Assembly: GCF_009914755.1 (NCBI RefSeq)
Contig: NC_060926.1
Source of the DNA: the human T2T-CHM13v2.0 reference genome, Homo sapiens
Reading direction: 5' to 3' (one strand)
Length of the DNA: 64,000 nt
In this document: in pieces, positions 13,440 to 26,727 of the stretch
How positions within the stretch are numbered: position 1 is the stretch's first letter
Layout of the letters: every line of letters begins with the position of its first letter
Notes under the pieces: model-generated
Database searches by the model: none
Seen by the model: the letters and a program-made list of their open reading frames with translations, nothing else
Told to the model about the DNA's origin: nothing
Program-made: the position numbers and the translations under genes

Positions 13440-13869
13440 TAATGTGACTTCAGGCTGGATTGCTAGAGATTCAGTGCCTAGAACAAGAAAGATGATGCTC
13501 TTATTCTATTTGTGCTGGTCTGCCCACTCCTGGAACATTGTTTTCAGTTGTTCAGAGGAAGAGTGGACAAATTAGCATATCACGAGAAGAAGGGGCCAAG
13601 GGGGGCAAAGAGACAACAAGTATTCCCTTTGAAAAACTTCGGAAGGAAGTGAGGGTCTCATCCTAGAGTGGAGGTGGGCATACCAGGAAGAGGAGATCTA
13701 CTGTGAATATCCGTCAGGATGAGAGGTAACAGTTGTGTTTTGTACAGGCCAAGAGAAAGACAGCTTAGAGTTTGCCTCTCGTGGTAATGACCTTCATGTC
13801 TCTGGAAGCACTTGTATGAGGGCTTAATCATAAGAGATGCCAGAGAAGGGATCGCTTCACATAACGATA

Positions 13870-14070
13870 ACAATAGTAATAGCTAACACTTGTTAGTTGT
13901 TACTATATGCTGTGTACACTTTACGCCAATTAACTCAATCTTCATAACGACCCTATTAGGTAAATACTATTATTATCCTCATTTGACAGAGGAACAGAGG
14001 GTTATTAACTTGCTCAGGGTCCCACAGGGCTTTGACACCAGGCAGTGTGGCTCCATAGGCTGAGCTCCTG
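13870..14070 (-). mobile_element. MIR
   Basis: aatagctaacactt...cctcatttgacagaggaacagagggttattaacttgctcagggtc. Confidence 0.75.
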
Positions 14071-16665
14071 TAGTGCATGAAGAGCATTTGTGCAAAAGAC
14101 CTCTAAGATTTGTCCCATTCCTGAGACCCTGAGGTTTCAGGGAGTTCCCTGCTGGGACCATTCCCCAGTTATTTACTTCCTTGTAATAGGTCATGCTTAG
14201 CGTAAGGCCAAGGAGACAAGACACTGCTGACTCATTCTTTCCCAGCTGTGCAGGCTGGGCACAGAGCCAGGCTGCTTGTCCAGCCCTGGGGCAGATGCCG
14301 GCTGCTGCGGTTTGGCAGTGGGTCAGCAGCTGGGATGAAGCCACAGAGTCTGACCTGTGAGGAGGGTGGTGGGTCCACAGGAACCCAGGCTCTGCAGCCC
14401 TTCTGAGATGGGCGGATCTGGGCATAGGAAAGAAATGCAATCAGGAATGCAGCAAGGCAGAGTTGAAAAGTCCTGTGAAGACTGTGCTGAGCATCAGGGT
14501 TGGGTAAGCCTCCTCTGGGGGTTGCATAGGAGCTGCTCACAATCATCCCAGTATTATTCACATCATCTGTATTTAGTGGCACCTCCTTGGTGCCAAGGTG
14601 TGAGCCATGGCCCCGGGTAGCACAGCCTCCTGCTTCCCAGCTGCTGGAGGGATTGCCCTGATCCCATGCTTCTCCAAGGTGGTCTGGGGGAAGCAACCCA
14701 GCAGCAACTGTAGGAGCTGCCCAACTCTCCCACTGCCTCAAGGGCTGAAGGGATTAATTTCATGGCATACGTGTGTCCCCCTAGATAAGCTCTGCTGCAA
14801 AACACAAAAGTGGCCATGTTCTCTCCCAGCACTTGAGCTTGCCTTGAGACTGAAATCCAAGTGATGCCCCTCAGGCTATCACCTCTGGTGGATGCCCCTC
14901 CAGCCTGTCTTACCCATGTCCTTCTTGGGCCATCAGCCTTCTGTTACCTGCTGGGATTGTTCCCAGTCTGGGACACCATACCCCAGTTCCTCACCTGCCT
15001 GACTCCTGTGGGCCCTTGGAGTTAGCACAGGTTTCACCTCTTCCAAGAACCTTTCATCTTGTCAGAGCATTGGCCAGGCAGCCCCGGGATCCCTGGTTGA
15101 CTCTTCTGGGTTCCCTGAGGACAGGGCTGTTCCTCATCTCTGGAGTGCCAGCCCCTGCAAAGCAGTTGGATAGAAACGCAATCGTTATTGGTGACAATTT
15201 CTCACAGTTCTACAGCTCCTTACGGTTTATAATGCATTTCACACTTATTCTTGCATTTGAGTTTTGCAGAATTTTATGTGTGTTCCTTTCTCTGTCGTCA
15301 CTGAGTGCTCACTCTAGGCAGCCCTCTGCTAGGCGCAAGTGGCAGGATGGAGGAGCGTGCCAAGGACTAGGAGATTACATGGAGAAGCTAACATTAGCCT
15401 TAGTGCTTCTTTGCCATTTGGGGAAGCAGATTTTGGAAGCTGTCACTTCCAAGGTGGAGTTCTGGGAAGTGTTTGGGCTTCCCCTTAGCAGGTGCTCCCT
15501 AAATTCTAGGCACTCCCCTCCAGCACTAGAGCTTTGTATTCTGACCCCTGACCCTCACAGCCCTTTGCCTTTGATCAATGTATTTTCTCAGACTGGAACC
15601 TCCTTCCTCTGCTTTTCCCTGTTTATCAACCTAGTTTAGTTGCCCCTTGCTTCAGACAACCTTCCCTGTCTCTTTCCCTGCAGCCCCCGGAGTACTGTAA
15701 GGCCCTCCACCAACAGACACCTTTCACTTTATTGTCCTGAATCACAGGTTTAAGCTTAAGCTGGGTTCCCTCCATTAGACAATGATCTCTGGAGATCCAG
15801 AATTAGGGTCAGATTTATTCCTGTTTCCCTGCACAATATCTGTTACATAGCAGGTATTGTGTTGGAGAGGGAATGAACGGATGGATGAATGAATGAAGAA
15901 ACTGAATTGAGTCCATCTCAGCTTCTCCAACAAGGACAGAAAAGAAACAGCTCAGGAGACGTAATCTTATAACATGGGGTTTCTCTGTAATTTGCATAAA
16001 TAACCCACTCTACTAGGTTTCACGCCTCTTGGGAGACCTACCAGCTGCCTGCCTCTCACTTCCAGTTTCCAAAGAGAAAGGAAGGTTTCTACCAGCCCAG
16101 CTCAGCTGGTCCAGGGACTAAATTACCTTCCCATCACTGAGCCCCTTTCTCATTATGCCAGAGGAAGATCACTACTGCCTGTCCATTTGGGCGGCTTATC
16201 CACATGGCCTGGTTCCAGGAGCCATCTGTGTGATGTCATTCCCAATACGATTTGAAACTTCCAGCATCTGCAGCCCCCACTGGTGTTGCATCATAGTGAG
16301 ACTGGCATTATCATCACCTCCACTTTACAGATGGGAACTTATCATGGTGAGGGTTCTAGAGATGGGGTGGGGCCGGGCCCTGTGTCTCCAAACGAGCCCA
16401 GTGTATCTCTTGAGGCTGGCCTCTCCCTCTCCCTGGTACAAGCCAGGGCTTCAAAATCCAAAAGATCTTTCTTCATCTTTTCCAACCCACTATGACCCAA
16501 ATATGCATCTTCCTTTAAGGAATGTCTTAGATTTAAAAAAATTAAAAACTCAAAAGCTTCTGAGGCATCTTACCTGAGCTTATCGACATCTTTCCCCCAT
16601 TCCTTCTGATATAACTACTTGGGCTGACTTGAAGCCTCACTTAGGTGCAGCTGCAATGGTGTGAG

Positions 16666-17021
<356 letters not shown>

Positions 17022-17499
17022 CTATGATCTAACCTCTCCTGGGCCTCCTGCCTTGCATCCCTAGGGGAAGTTTTGGGGCATAAAAGTCCAATTTCTTTTC
17101 GTATTGGACGCTTGGATGAGAGAAAGAGAAACGAAATCCTGGCACTGAAAAAAGCAGAGACAACCAAACCCAATTATTCCTACTAACTGGGAAGGAATTC
17201 CATTTGAGTTAGTGGTTCCCAAACTTGTCTGATGATAAAACTTGCTCGATTGGAACCTTTATGTCTGGACTCTGAAAAACCTACATTTTAAAAATTAGAG
17301 ATTCCCTCCCCAAATTTTATCAACAGGGAAGACAGGGAGGAAAAAAGTTTGAGCTATAGACTTAATTCATAACACCTTCTTCTTAGACTTGAGAGATTCT
17401 TTAGGCATCTATCGTAATGATTTGATAAGACCGAAATGGAAGGAGTCCAGTTAAAGCAAGAAAAAACATCAAACATGCTGAAGATTCTCCACCCTTCAT

Positions 17500-17700
17500 T
17501 TTAACATAATTTATTATTTTACAAACACTTTCATAGCACTTACTATGAGTCAGACTTCATGCTCTGCAAATATTTGCTTATTTAATCTTCAGAGAGGCTT
17601 GCAGAGGTCCGATGGGGTTAAGTCACTTGTCCAAGGTCACATAGTTATGAGTGGGGGAGCCGGGGCCCAGACTCAGGCCGTCTGGCACCAGATTGGTTGA
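17500..17700 (-). mobile_element. MIR
   Basis: ggggttaagtcacttgtccaaggtcacatagttatgagtgg. Confidence 0.75.
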
Positions 17701-19079
17701 TATAAACCACGAAGCTATATGTGTTTTAAAAAACCTCTTTTCACTTGGCCACAGAACAAACCCTGTCTTCATAATCATTGTGAAGTAAATGATTGAAGAG
17801 CCTTGTCTGAGTGATTTCAAATATTTTGCTGGCGGGGTCCAAATTAGCGATCCTGTTATTGTACATGGAGCGTGGTCTGACTTTCTCTTTTGAGGGCAAA
17901 ACATGCCTATTGTTATGGCAATCCCAAATGCTGCATAGAAGCTTTAAAGAACAGATTCTAATCCCTTTGTTTCTCACTCCAAATGTTGAAACAAACCTCA
18001 GAGCTCTGCTGATTCCTGACAGATTTGAGTCTCTCTGCGTTTCAAATATTTCAAACCAGCTTGGGAAGCAAACACATGATATTCTTCTTTCTCTTGCATG
18101 GTTTATTTTTAAAGCATGCATCTGGCTGCTTTTTCATTTCCCAGAAGGTGGAGGGAAATTACTCTACAGCAATGGCTGGGTGTTGGATCGCAGCTTCTCC
18201 CCACAAGCAGGAGGCGACAACTCCGTCCAGGTCCCAAGCATGACCTTAGCCTGTTTCCAGTCTGAGCCCTTGGTGAAGAAACCTCTGACCAGCAAGAAGC
18301 TGGGCTTCTTGCACATGGCTGGGAAAGAAGTTGCTGGTGGCTTTTACATGTTTATCATCCCTGAGGAGCAGTCTAGTTACTCTCTGATCATTCCCCATCA
18401 GCTCAGAGAGCCCCTTTCTGGCTCAGAAAGCTCATTGTCACAGTGCCACAAGCATTACTGAGCATTTGCCATGTGTCAGACCCTGGGCTAGACATGACTA
18501 CACAACTCTACAGACCAGGCATTATTAGCCCCCGTTTTTCAAAATTGAAGACTGGGGATCAGGGGATGTAAGTATTCTACATGCCTGAGGCTCTGCAGTG
18601 CGTGAGAGCAGAAAGGAAGGCGACTGGAGACCAGGCTTGACACCTCTGCTCCCTCCACCACTCCAAGTAGTGAGCAGGCATTCTTATCTAGCATTCTTAA
18701 TATAGCACCCTGGGTAGTCTCTGCAGGAGCAAATGAGCAGCAAATGTGTTCAGGGCAGCTGGGAAAGACTATTTGTAGTCTGAGAACTTGTGGCTTGATT
18801 ATATGTGTTGCTTCACAATTTTCTTGGAGGAGCCTAAATCCTGCAAGGAAGTGCAAGGTGTGAAATTCAAATAGCCTTTTGGGATTCCAAATACACTTTC
18901 ACTAATAGCCTTCATCAAAGAAGAGCATGTGACTCCAAACAGGTGGTTGATGTTAACCCAGTAGCATCCTGCGGTTGCTAGTTATTTTCCCCAAGGAGCT
19001 GTAGCTGAAACTTTCGTGTACAGCAAATGGCAAGAGAGCTGTGGCTTGAGATATGGCTTTCATCAGGCCCCTTTTCTCC

Positions 19080-19810
19080 ATCCCAGATGCCACTACATTC
19101 CCTTGGTTCTAATCATTGAAATATCCTCCTTCAGCCTCCTTCTATCCCTGAGTGCGTCCCCTTGGCTCCAGTGTCCATGCTGGCTGCCAGGTGACCTTTC
19201 TGAAAACAAATCTGACCATGTCACACTCCTGCCTCACACCTTTTGATGGTGCCTCACTACCCTCAGGGTCAAGTTCAAAGTCCTTAGTGTGGAGTACATG
19301 GCCCCTGATCATTTGTTCCCCAAAAGCCCTGGAATACCTCGTGTCCTTCTTCATTCTCCATGCTCTCTGTCTCAGCCAGAATGAATTGAGCTATTTAGTT
19401 ATTCTTGTATCTCCTTGTTATTTGAATAACAGTATCTCCCTGTTATTCAAACATGCTGTGCTCTTTTAATGCTTCTGCATCTTTGCACATGCTATCCTTT
19501 CATCCAGGAATGCCCTGTTGCCTAGCTAGCATGCTTGTCCCTGCTTACTGACAACTCAAGCGACCCAGCTTCTCCTGCCTCCCCCAGGCAGAGGTCTCAT
19601 TCTTCTCTCCTGTGTGTCCCAAACACCCATACAAGACTCTGTCATAACACACACCACATCATGTTGTAGCAATCGCTTAGGTGTGTGTCCCCTGGGTGGC
19701 TGGAAGTGAATCTTCACCATCCCAGCACACAGTCTAGGCCCAACACAAGTGGTTAGGAATTGCTTGGTGAGAAATGTATAAATGGAAGAATGAGTACATG
19801 AAGGAAGGAA
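19080..19810 (+). mobile_element. L2 3' region
   Basis: tctgaccatgtcacactcctg...ctttgcacatgct...ccagcacacagtctaggc. Confidence 0.7.
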
Positions 19811-19865
19811 TGCAGACATAAGCAAGGCATTTGCTGGAGAAAGGCAACAATAATAGCAGCACTAA

Positions 19866-20187
<322 letters not shown>

Positions 20188-20857
20188 TTCATAGGGTTTT
20201 ATTGTTCAAAGTTTCCTGCCTACTAAGTGACAGAGCTGGGGAGCCAATCCGGATTTAGTTGGTTTGAAAGCCCGGTCTTATAACTACTTTATGCTCAGTT
20301 GCCTGCCTGGCTGAACTCAATCCCACACCCCCTGTCTGTAGCTGAATTGGGCCACACTGCAAAAGACAGCAGAAGAGGGCAGAGGCTTCCTGTCTCCCAC
20401 AGTGGGCCCAGCAGTGCCCCTTCCCAGATCTGGATCAGTTGGATCCATGTGGGACAAAGATGTGTGGGTAAAGGTGGATGGAAGAGACAGGCCAGAGTGG
20501 AGGGTTTGTAGGAGGCCATCTGCTCCTGGCAGCTCACTGGTGTCTGGTTCTGAGCTCCACTGGCAACTGCGCAGCATGGGGTGCTGAGGAAGCCTCACCT
20601 CAGAGAAGCACCCAGTTGATCACAGAATACTTTTCTGGCTGCAGGAGATTTTAATGCAAATTTGATTCTCTTTTTGCAGCATCATTGGGCTTGATTTTTA
20701 CCATACCAATTCCCTTAAGAACAAAAGAAATGAGTGCCAGGATATTTGAAAAGTGTATAACAGTGAGTATGTGTATGAAGGGATCCCTGGATAGAGCTCA
20801 GATAATATTAGTGGGAAGTGGTTGAACAGCACTTAATTAATTAACAGGATTTAATGA

Positions 20858-21140
20858 TGTTATAGCAGAGACTAGCTTTCATCATTTTTCTCTGTGGGCA
20901 CACAGCTATACATTGCCCCGTCTCCCTTGCAACTAGATGGGACCAAGGATAGAAGTCTTACCCAATGGAAATGTGAATGTTCTCAGCCACTGAAACCAAA
21001 CCAAACCAAAACAAAAGCCCTGCACAACCTTCCATGCTCTTTCCCAAAGTTGACAACCCTAGAGGTTCAGTGCTGAAGGTGAAAGTCGCAAGATGAAAGG
21101 AGCCTGGATTCCTGAATCACTCTATGGAGGAGAGATGTCT
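20858..21140 (+). mobile_element. Old MLT1 (I/J-like) LTR fragment
   Basis: ctcccttgcaactagatgggacca...caagatgaaaggagcctggattcctgaatcactctatggag. Confidence 0.65.
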
Positions 21141-21509
21141 ACTCCTTGAGACCTTGCTTATTTCTGTACCCTAGTAGTTTGCACAATGTCTGGCACAGAG
21201 CAGATGCTCAATAAATGTTTGATAGATGATTGAATTGTGTAAAATCTCATGAAGCATCTTCATGACACTTGATCCTTGCAACTATGTGAGAGTATTAGTA
21301 CTATGCTTTTTGACATATCTGGTAACCAAGACTTAGAGAATTAATTTATTGCATAGCTAATAAATGTTGGGCTTGTTTCCCTGAGCAGTACTGTGGCCTC
21401 TAGGGCAAAGCTGGTGTGACATTTAATCCATTAACAGCAACAAGGCAGGATGGACTTTTGGCCTGAAGTTTAGATATGACTTGGTTAAGAGGGAGAATGG
21501 ACCCAAGGG

Positions 21510-21700
21510 TAGTGCCACCCAATCGTTGGTCCCTATTAAACTGCAGACATATCAGAATCACCTGGGAATTTTTAAAGTATAGTTTTCTAGGCTCCACTCT
21601 GGAGACTGTCTTTTAGTAGGCCTAGAATGAGGCTTTGGAATCAACGTCTCTAAAAGGGACTCCGAGGGATTCTATAGGTAGCCAAGCCTAGCAACCAATT
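21510..21700. mobile_element. MER5-family element
   Basis: atcagaatcacctgggaatttttaaa...tctaggctccactctggagactg. Confidence 0.6.
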
Positions 21701-22542
21701 TGTAGAGAAAAGAGCATGCCCTTAGGGACCAGATGAAGCTTCAGATCCCAGCTCTGCCACTTACTGGTGGTAGGACCTTCAGCATGTGACTTGACCATGC
21801 CGAGCCACAATTTCCACATCTGTAAATTGAGGATCACAACTTCATCCTCACTGAGATTGTGCGGATTAAATGATACGGTGCAGATAAAGCCACAGGCAGC
21901 AGGAGGTGTCTCCCCTCTGGGGGTCTGGGGCCTGCAGGACATTCCTCCCCGTGGGTATTCTCCACTTGCTGCTCCCCATGAGGCTTTCTGCTTTCCTAGC
22001 TCTCAAATCACAGAGCTCTTCTTTTTTAGTAAACACTGTTGGGGAAGACCTGCAATGGCATTCCACACTATGCGTGCTTGGCTGGGATAAAGAGGACCAA
22101 GTGGCTCTAGCGTGTTCGCTTACTAACGGGAAAGAATGACTTCATTTGCTTGCTGTCTTTTAAATATAGTTCAATTTTTAATTATTTTCTTTCATTGTAA
22201 ATTAGTATACAAAGTTGATCTTGTGTTTGTGTGTGTATGCAGTTCTATAGATCTTAGCACATGTATGGATGTGTGTGACCATGACCACAGTCAGAAAACG
22301 GAATGGTTCCTTCATCCCCAAATTTTCTCATTCTGTCCATTGCTAGTTACCACCACTCCCCCTACTCCCACCACTGCTGATTTGTTCTCAATCACTGTAG
22401 TTTTGTCTTTTTGAGAATCTCATATAGGTAGAAACATACAGTTTGTAACCTTTTGGGACTAGCTTCTTTCAATCCGCATAACGTGTTTGTGATTCCTCCA
22501 TGTTGTGGTGGGTTTTTAATAGTTCCTTCATTCCTTCATTTC

Positions 22543-22678
22543 TTTTTTTTTTTTTTTTTTTTTTTTTAGACTGAGTCTCACTCTGTCACCCAGGCTGGAG
22601 TGCAATGGCGTGATCTTGGCTCACTGCACCTCTGCCTCTCGGGTTCAAATGATTCTCCTGCCTCAGCCTCCTGAGTAG
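22543..22678 (-). mobile_element. 5'-truncated AluS (right monomer)
   Basis: poly-T, tgcaatggcgtgatc; flanked by atagttccttcatt duplication. Confidence 0.9.
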
Positions 22679-25484
22679 GATAGTTCCTTCATTTCTATTG
22701 CTGAGTGGTATCCATCACACGCACCCTGCTTTGTTCATCCAGTCCCATTAGAGAACATTTGGGTGGTTTCCAGTTTTCGGTGATTCGAATAGCACTGCTA
22801 TAAGCACTCATGTATGGGTTTTTGTGTTGAACATAAGCTTTCATTTCTCTTGAATAAATACCCAGCAGAGGTATTGCTGAATCCTATGGGAAGTGTTTTT
22901 TTAACTCTATGAGAAACTGCCCAACCATTCTCCAGAGTGGTTGTACCATTTTAGCCTCTTTACCAGGAACAGGTGAAAGTTCCAGTTGCTGTGCATCCTT
23001 GTCAGTATTTTTTATTTTAGCCATTCTAACGTATGCAGTAGTATCACACTGTGCTTTTGATTTGCATTTCCTTAGTGGTTAGTAATGTTGAGCAACTTTT
23101 CATGTGTTTTATGAAGTATCTGTTCAAACTGCTTTCTCTAATTTTTAAAATATTTAATTAAACAAAACCTTTATTAAGGTCTCTTTGATATACAATATCA
23201 GTACATATTTAGAGTACAGTTTGATGTTTTTGACATATTTATATATCTGCTAAATCACAACCACAATCAAGATACAAACATACCTATCACCCCCAAAATG
23301 TTTCTTATGCCCTGTGTAATTTCCTGTATACCTTGCCTCCATTTCTTTGCCCCTAAGCCACTATAGATTGGCTTTTTATTCTTGTAAATTAATTTGTATT
23401 TTCTAGAATTTTATGTAAATGAAATCATAGAGTAAGCATTTTGGGGGACATCGGGGGTGTCTTTCATTCGTCGTAATTATTTTGAGATTCACTCACATTG
23501 TTGTGTGTTTAATTCATTCATTTTCATTTCAGAGTATATTTCATTGTATGTATATACCAGAATTTATTCATTCTCTTGTTGATGGGCATTTGAATTGTTT
23601 CTATTTTTGGTGATTATGCATAGAGCTACTACAGTCATTGGTGTACAAGTCTTTGTGTGGGCAAACACTTTTATTTCTCCCAAGTATACCCTAGAGTGGA
23701 ATGCCTGGGTCTAACATCAGATATATGTTTCACTATTCTACAAAGTAGTTGCACCATTTTTCATTCCTACCAGAAGTATTGGAGAGTTCTAGTTGCTTTG
23801 CATCCTCACCCACACTTGGTATGGTCAGGATTTTTTAGTATTTGCCATTATAATACACGAATATTGGTATCTCATTGTGGTTTTAACTCACATTTTCCTA
23901 TAGCTAATGATACTAAGCATTTTTTCATAAAAATCTGGGTATTCGTGATTTGCTGCCTACTTTGGTGAAGTATGTGTTCAAATCTTTTGCCCATTTTTTA
24001 TTGAGTTGTCTGTATTTTTACTATTGCCTCTTGAGAGTTTTTAAATACTCTGGATAAAAGTCCTTTTTCAGATATGTGTTTTACAATTTTTTTCCCCACT
24101 TTGTAGCTTCTCTTTTCACATTCCTAGCTGGGTCCTTTTGTTTTTAGCTTTTTATTTTGAAATAATTATAGATTCATAGGAAGTGGCAAAGAAAGTAGGA
24201 AAAGGTCCCGTGTAGCCTTTTTATCCAGTTTCCCTCAGTGGTTACATCTAATGAACTATAGTGTAACACCAAGTCCGGAGACTGATATTTTTGCAATGCT
24301 GTGCATAATTTTATGCCATTTTATCATATGCATAGATTTCTGTGAACACCACTGGCATCAAGATACAGAACTATTTCACTACTACATGATTTCCCTCATG
24401 CAGCCCTCTCTAGTCACACCCACCATGTTTTTCTCCACTATGATCCCTGGCATCTACTAATTTCATCTCCATCCCTATAATTTTGTCATTTTGAGAATAT
24501 TATATAAATGGAATCATACAGTATGTGACCATTTGAAATCAGCTTTATTTACACTCATAATTAGTGGAATAATAAGGTTATATCTTTTTAATCCTCTCTG
24601 ACAATCTCTTTTAATTGGTGTATTTAGACTACATACATTTAATGTAATTATTGCTATGTTAGGACTTAAATCTGCCCTATGTTATACTTTTTGCTTCAAT
24701 TGTCAAACAATTTAGAGAACTCAAGAAGAGAAGGAAAGTTTATTGTATTTACTCATATTTTAATTTTTCCTATTGTTCATTCTTCCTTCCTGATATCCCA
24801 AATTTCTTTTTTTTACCATCTCTTTGTGTTTCAAGAAAAAGAACTTATTTTAGTTATTTTTTAAAGTATCTGGTGATGTCAAATTCTTTTTATTTTCCTC
24901 TATCTGAGAATGTATTGATTTCCCCTTTATTTTTGAAGGTTGTTTCTGTGGGATATAGTATTCTGAGTTGACAAGTTTTTCTTTCAGCAGAATTCTCTGC
25001 CTAATCCAAGGTCATGGGTATTTTATCCTGTTTTCTCCTTTAAATATTCTAGTTCTGCATTTCACGTTACATGTATGATACATTTTGAGTATTTTTAAAA
25101 AATAAGGTGTGACGTTTTTAATAAAAATGCATTTATTTCACATATGGGTTTGCAAATGTTTCAACCCCACTTGTTAAAATGATAGTAAGTCTTAAAGTTG
25201 GATGGAGTGATTCTTCTGACTTTATTCTTCTTTTTCAAGATTGTTTTATTATAGTTCCTTTGCCTTCCCCTATAAATTTTTGAATCAGATTGCCTGTATC
25301 TATAAAAAATCCTGTTGGTATTTTGACTAGAATTGTGTTAAAAAATATAGATCAATTTTGGGATGATGGACAAATTTACTATATTAAGTCTTCCAATCTA
25401 TGAACATGGTATGGCTCTCCACTTATTTGGGCCTTTTTAAATTTATTTCATCAGCATCTTATAGTTTTTAGCATACAGATTCCA

Positions 25485-25814
25485 CAGTTGTCCCTCAGTG
25501 TCAGTGGGGGATTTGTTCCAGAACCCTCCCTGGATACCAAAATTCGAGAATCCTCAAGTCCCTCATATAAGAGGGTGTAGTATGTACATATAATGTAAGC
25601 ATATCTTTCCATGTACTTTAAATCATCTCTAGATTACTTATAATACTGAATACAATACCTATATGTAACTTCTTTTATAGGCATTCAACATAGTTATTGG
25701 CTCATGGCAAATTCAAGTTTTGCTTTTGGAACTTTCTGGAATTTTTTTTTTAAAATACTTTCAATCTGTAGTTCTGCACGGGATGCAGAACCCATGGTTA
25801 TAGAGGGTTGGCTG
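25485..25814 (+). mobile_element. MER2/MER2B Tigger-family element
   Basis: cagttgtccctcagtgtc ... ggataccaaaattc ... tacttataatactgaatacaat ... gagggttggctg terminal inverted repeats. Confidence 0.85.
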
Positions 25815-26149
25815 TACAAATTTCATTAGTTTTACACCTAAGTATTTACTTTGTTTTGGAGCTAATATCAATGGTTTTGTTTTTAAATTGCAATTTCCAA
25901 GTTTACATGGCTGGTATTTAGAAGTACAATTAATTTTTGTATGTTGACATTGTATCCTGTGGCCCTGCATAATCACATTTTCTGAAATAGTGACAGTTTT
26001 GCTTTTTTTTTCTGTTCAATTAGTTTGCCTTTTATTTCTCTTTCTTGCCTTATTGCACTGCCCATGATTTCCAGTACAATGTTGAATAGGATTGACGAGA
26101 GTGGGCATCCTTGCCTTATTTCCAATTTAGGAGGAAAGCAGTCTTTCAC

Positions 26150-26312
26150 TGTATTAGTTTGCTCCTGCTGTATAACAAAATACTCCAAATTTAGCAGCTG
26201 AAAATGACACAAGTTTATTACCTCGCATTTCCTATGGGTCAGAAATCTGAGCTTGGCTTAGCTAGGCCCTCTGTTCAGGGTCTCACCAGGCTGCAATCAA
26301 GGTATCAGCTAG
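26150..26312 (-). mobile_element. MLT1-family LTR fragment
   Basis: tgtattagttt...ggcttagctaggccctctgttcagggtctcaccaggctgcaatcaagg. Confidence 0.7.
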
Positions 26313-26421
26313 GAGTCAGGTGTGGTGACACATGCCTGAAGTCCCAGCTACTCAGTTTGGAAGAGGATCCCCTTCCCCACCCCACCTACCACCCACAGGT
26401 GAGAGCAAAACCCTAACTAAC

Positions 26422-26425
<4 letters not shown>

Positions 26426-26457
<32 letters not shown>

Positions 26458-26727
26458 TGGGGTCTCTCTGTTGCCCAGGCTGGAGTGCAGTGGCACAATA
26501 ATGGCTCGTTGAAGCCTTGATCTCCTGGCCTCAAATGATCCTCCCATCTCAACCCCCGAAGTAGCTGGGACTACAGGTGCATATGACAGCACCCAGCTGA
26601 TTTTTAATTTTATGTAGAGATGGGGTCTCCTTCTGCTGCACAGGCTGGTCTTGAACTCTCAGGCTCAAGCGAATCCCCCAGCCTCCTGAAGTGCTGGGAT
26701 TACAGGCATAAGCCACTGTGTCTGGCC
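26426..26727 (-). mobile_element. AluJ
   Basis: long poly-T followed by a diverged J-type antisense dimer. Confidence 0.92.

Noticed and set aside
17811-18461. 216-aa ORF in unique sequence
   Set aside because: Non-ATG start, no recognisable homology, no supporting promoter or splice pattern.
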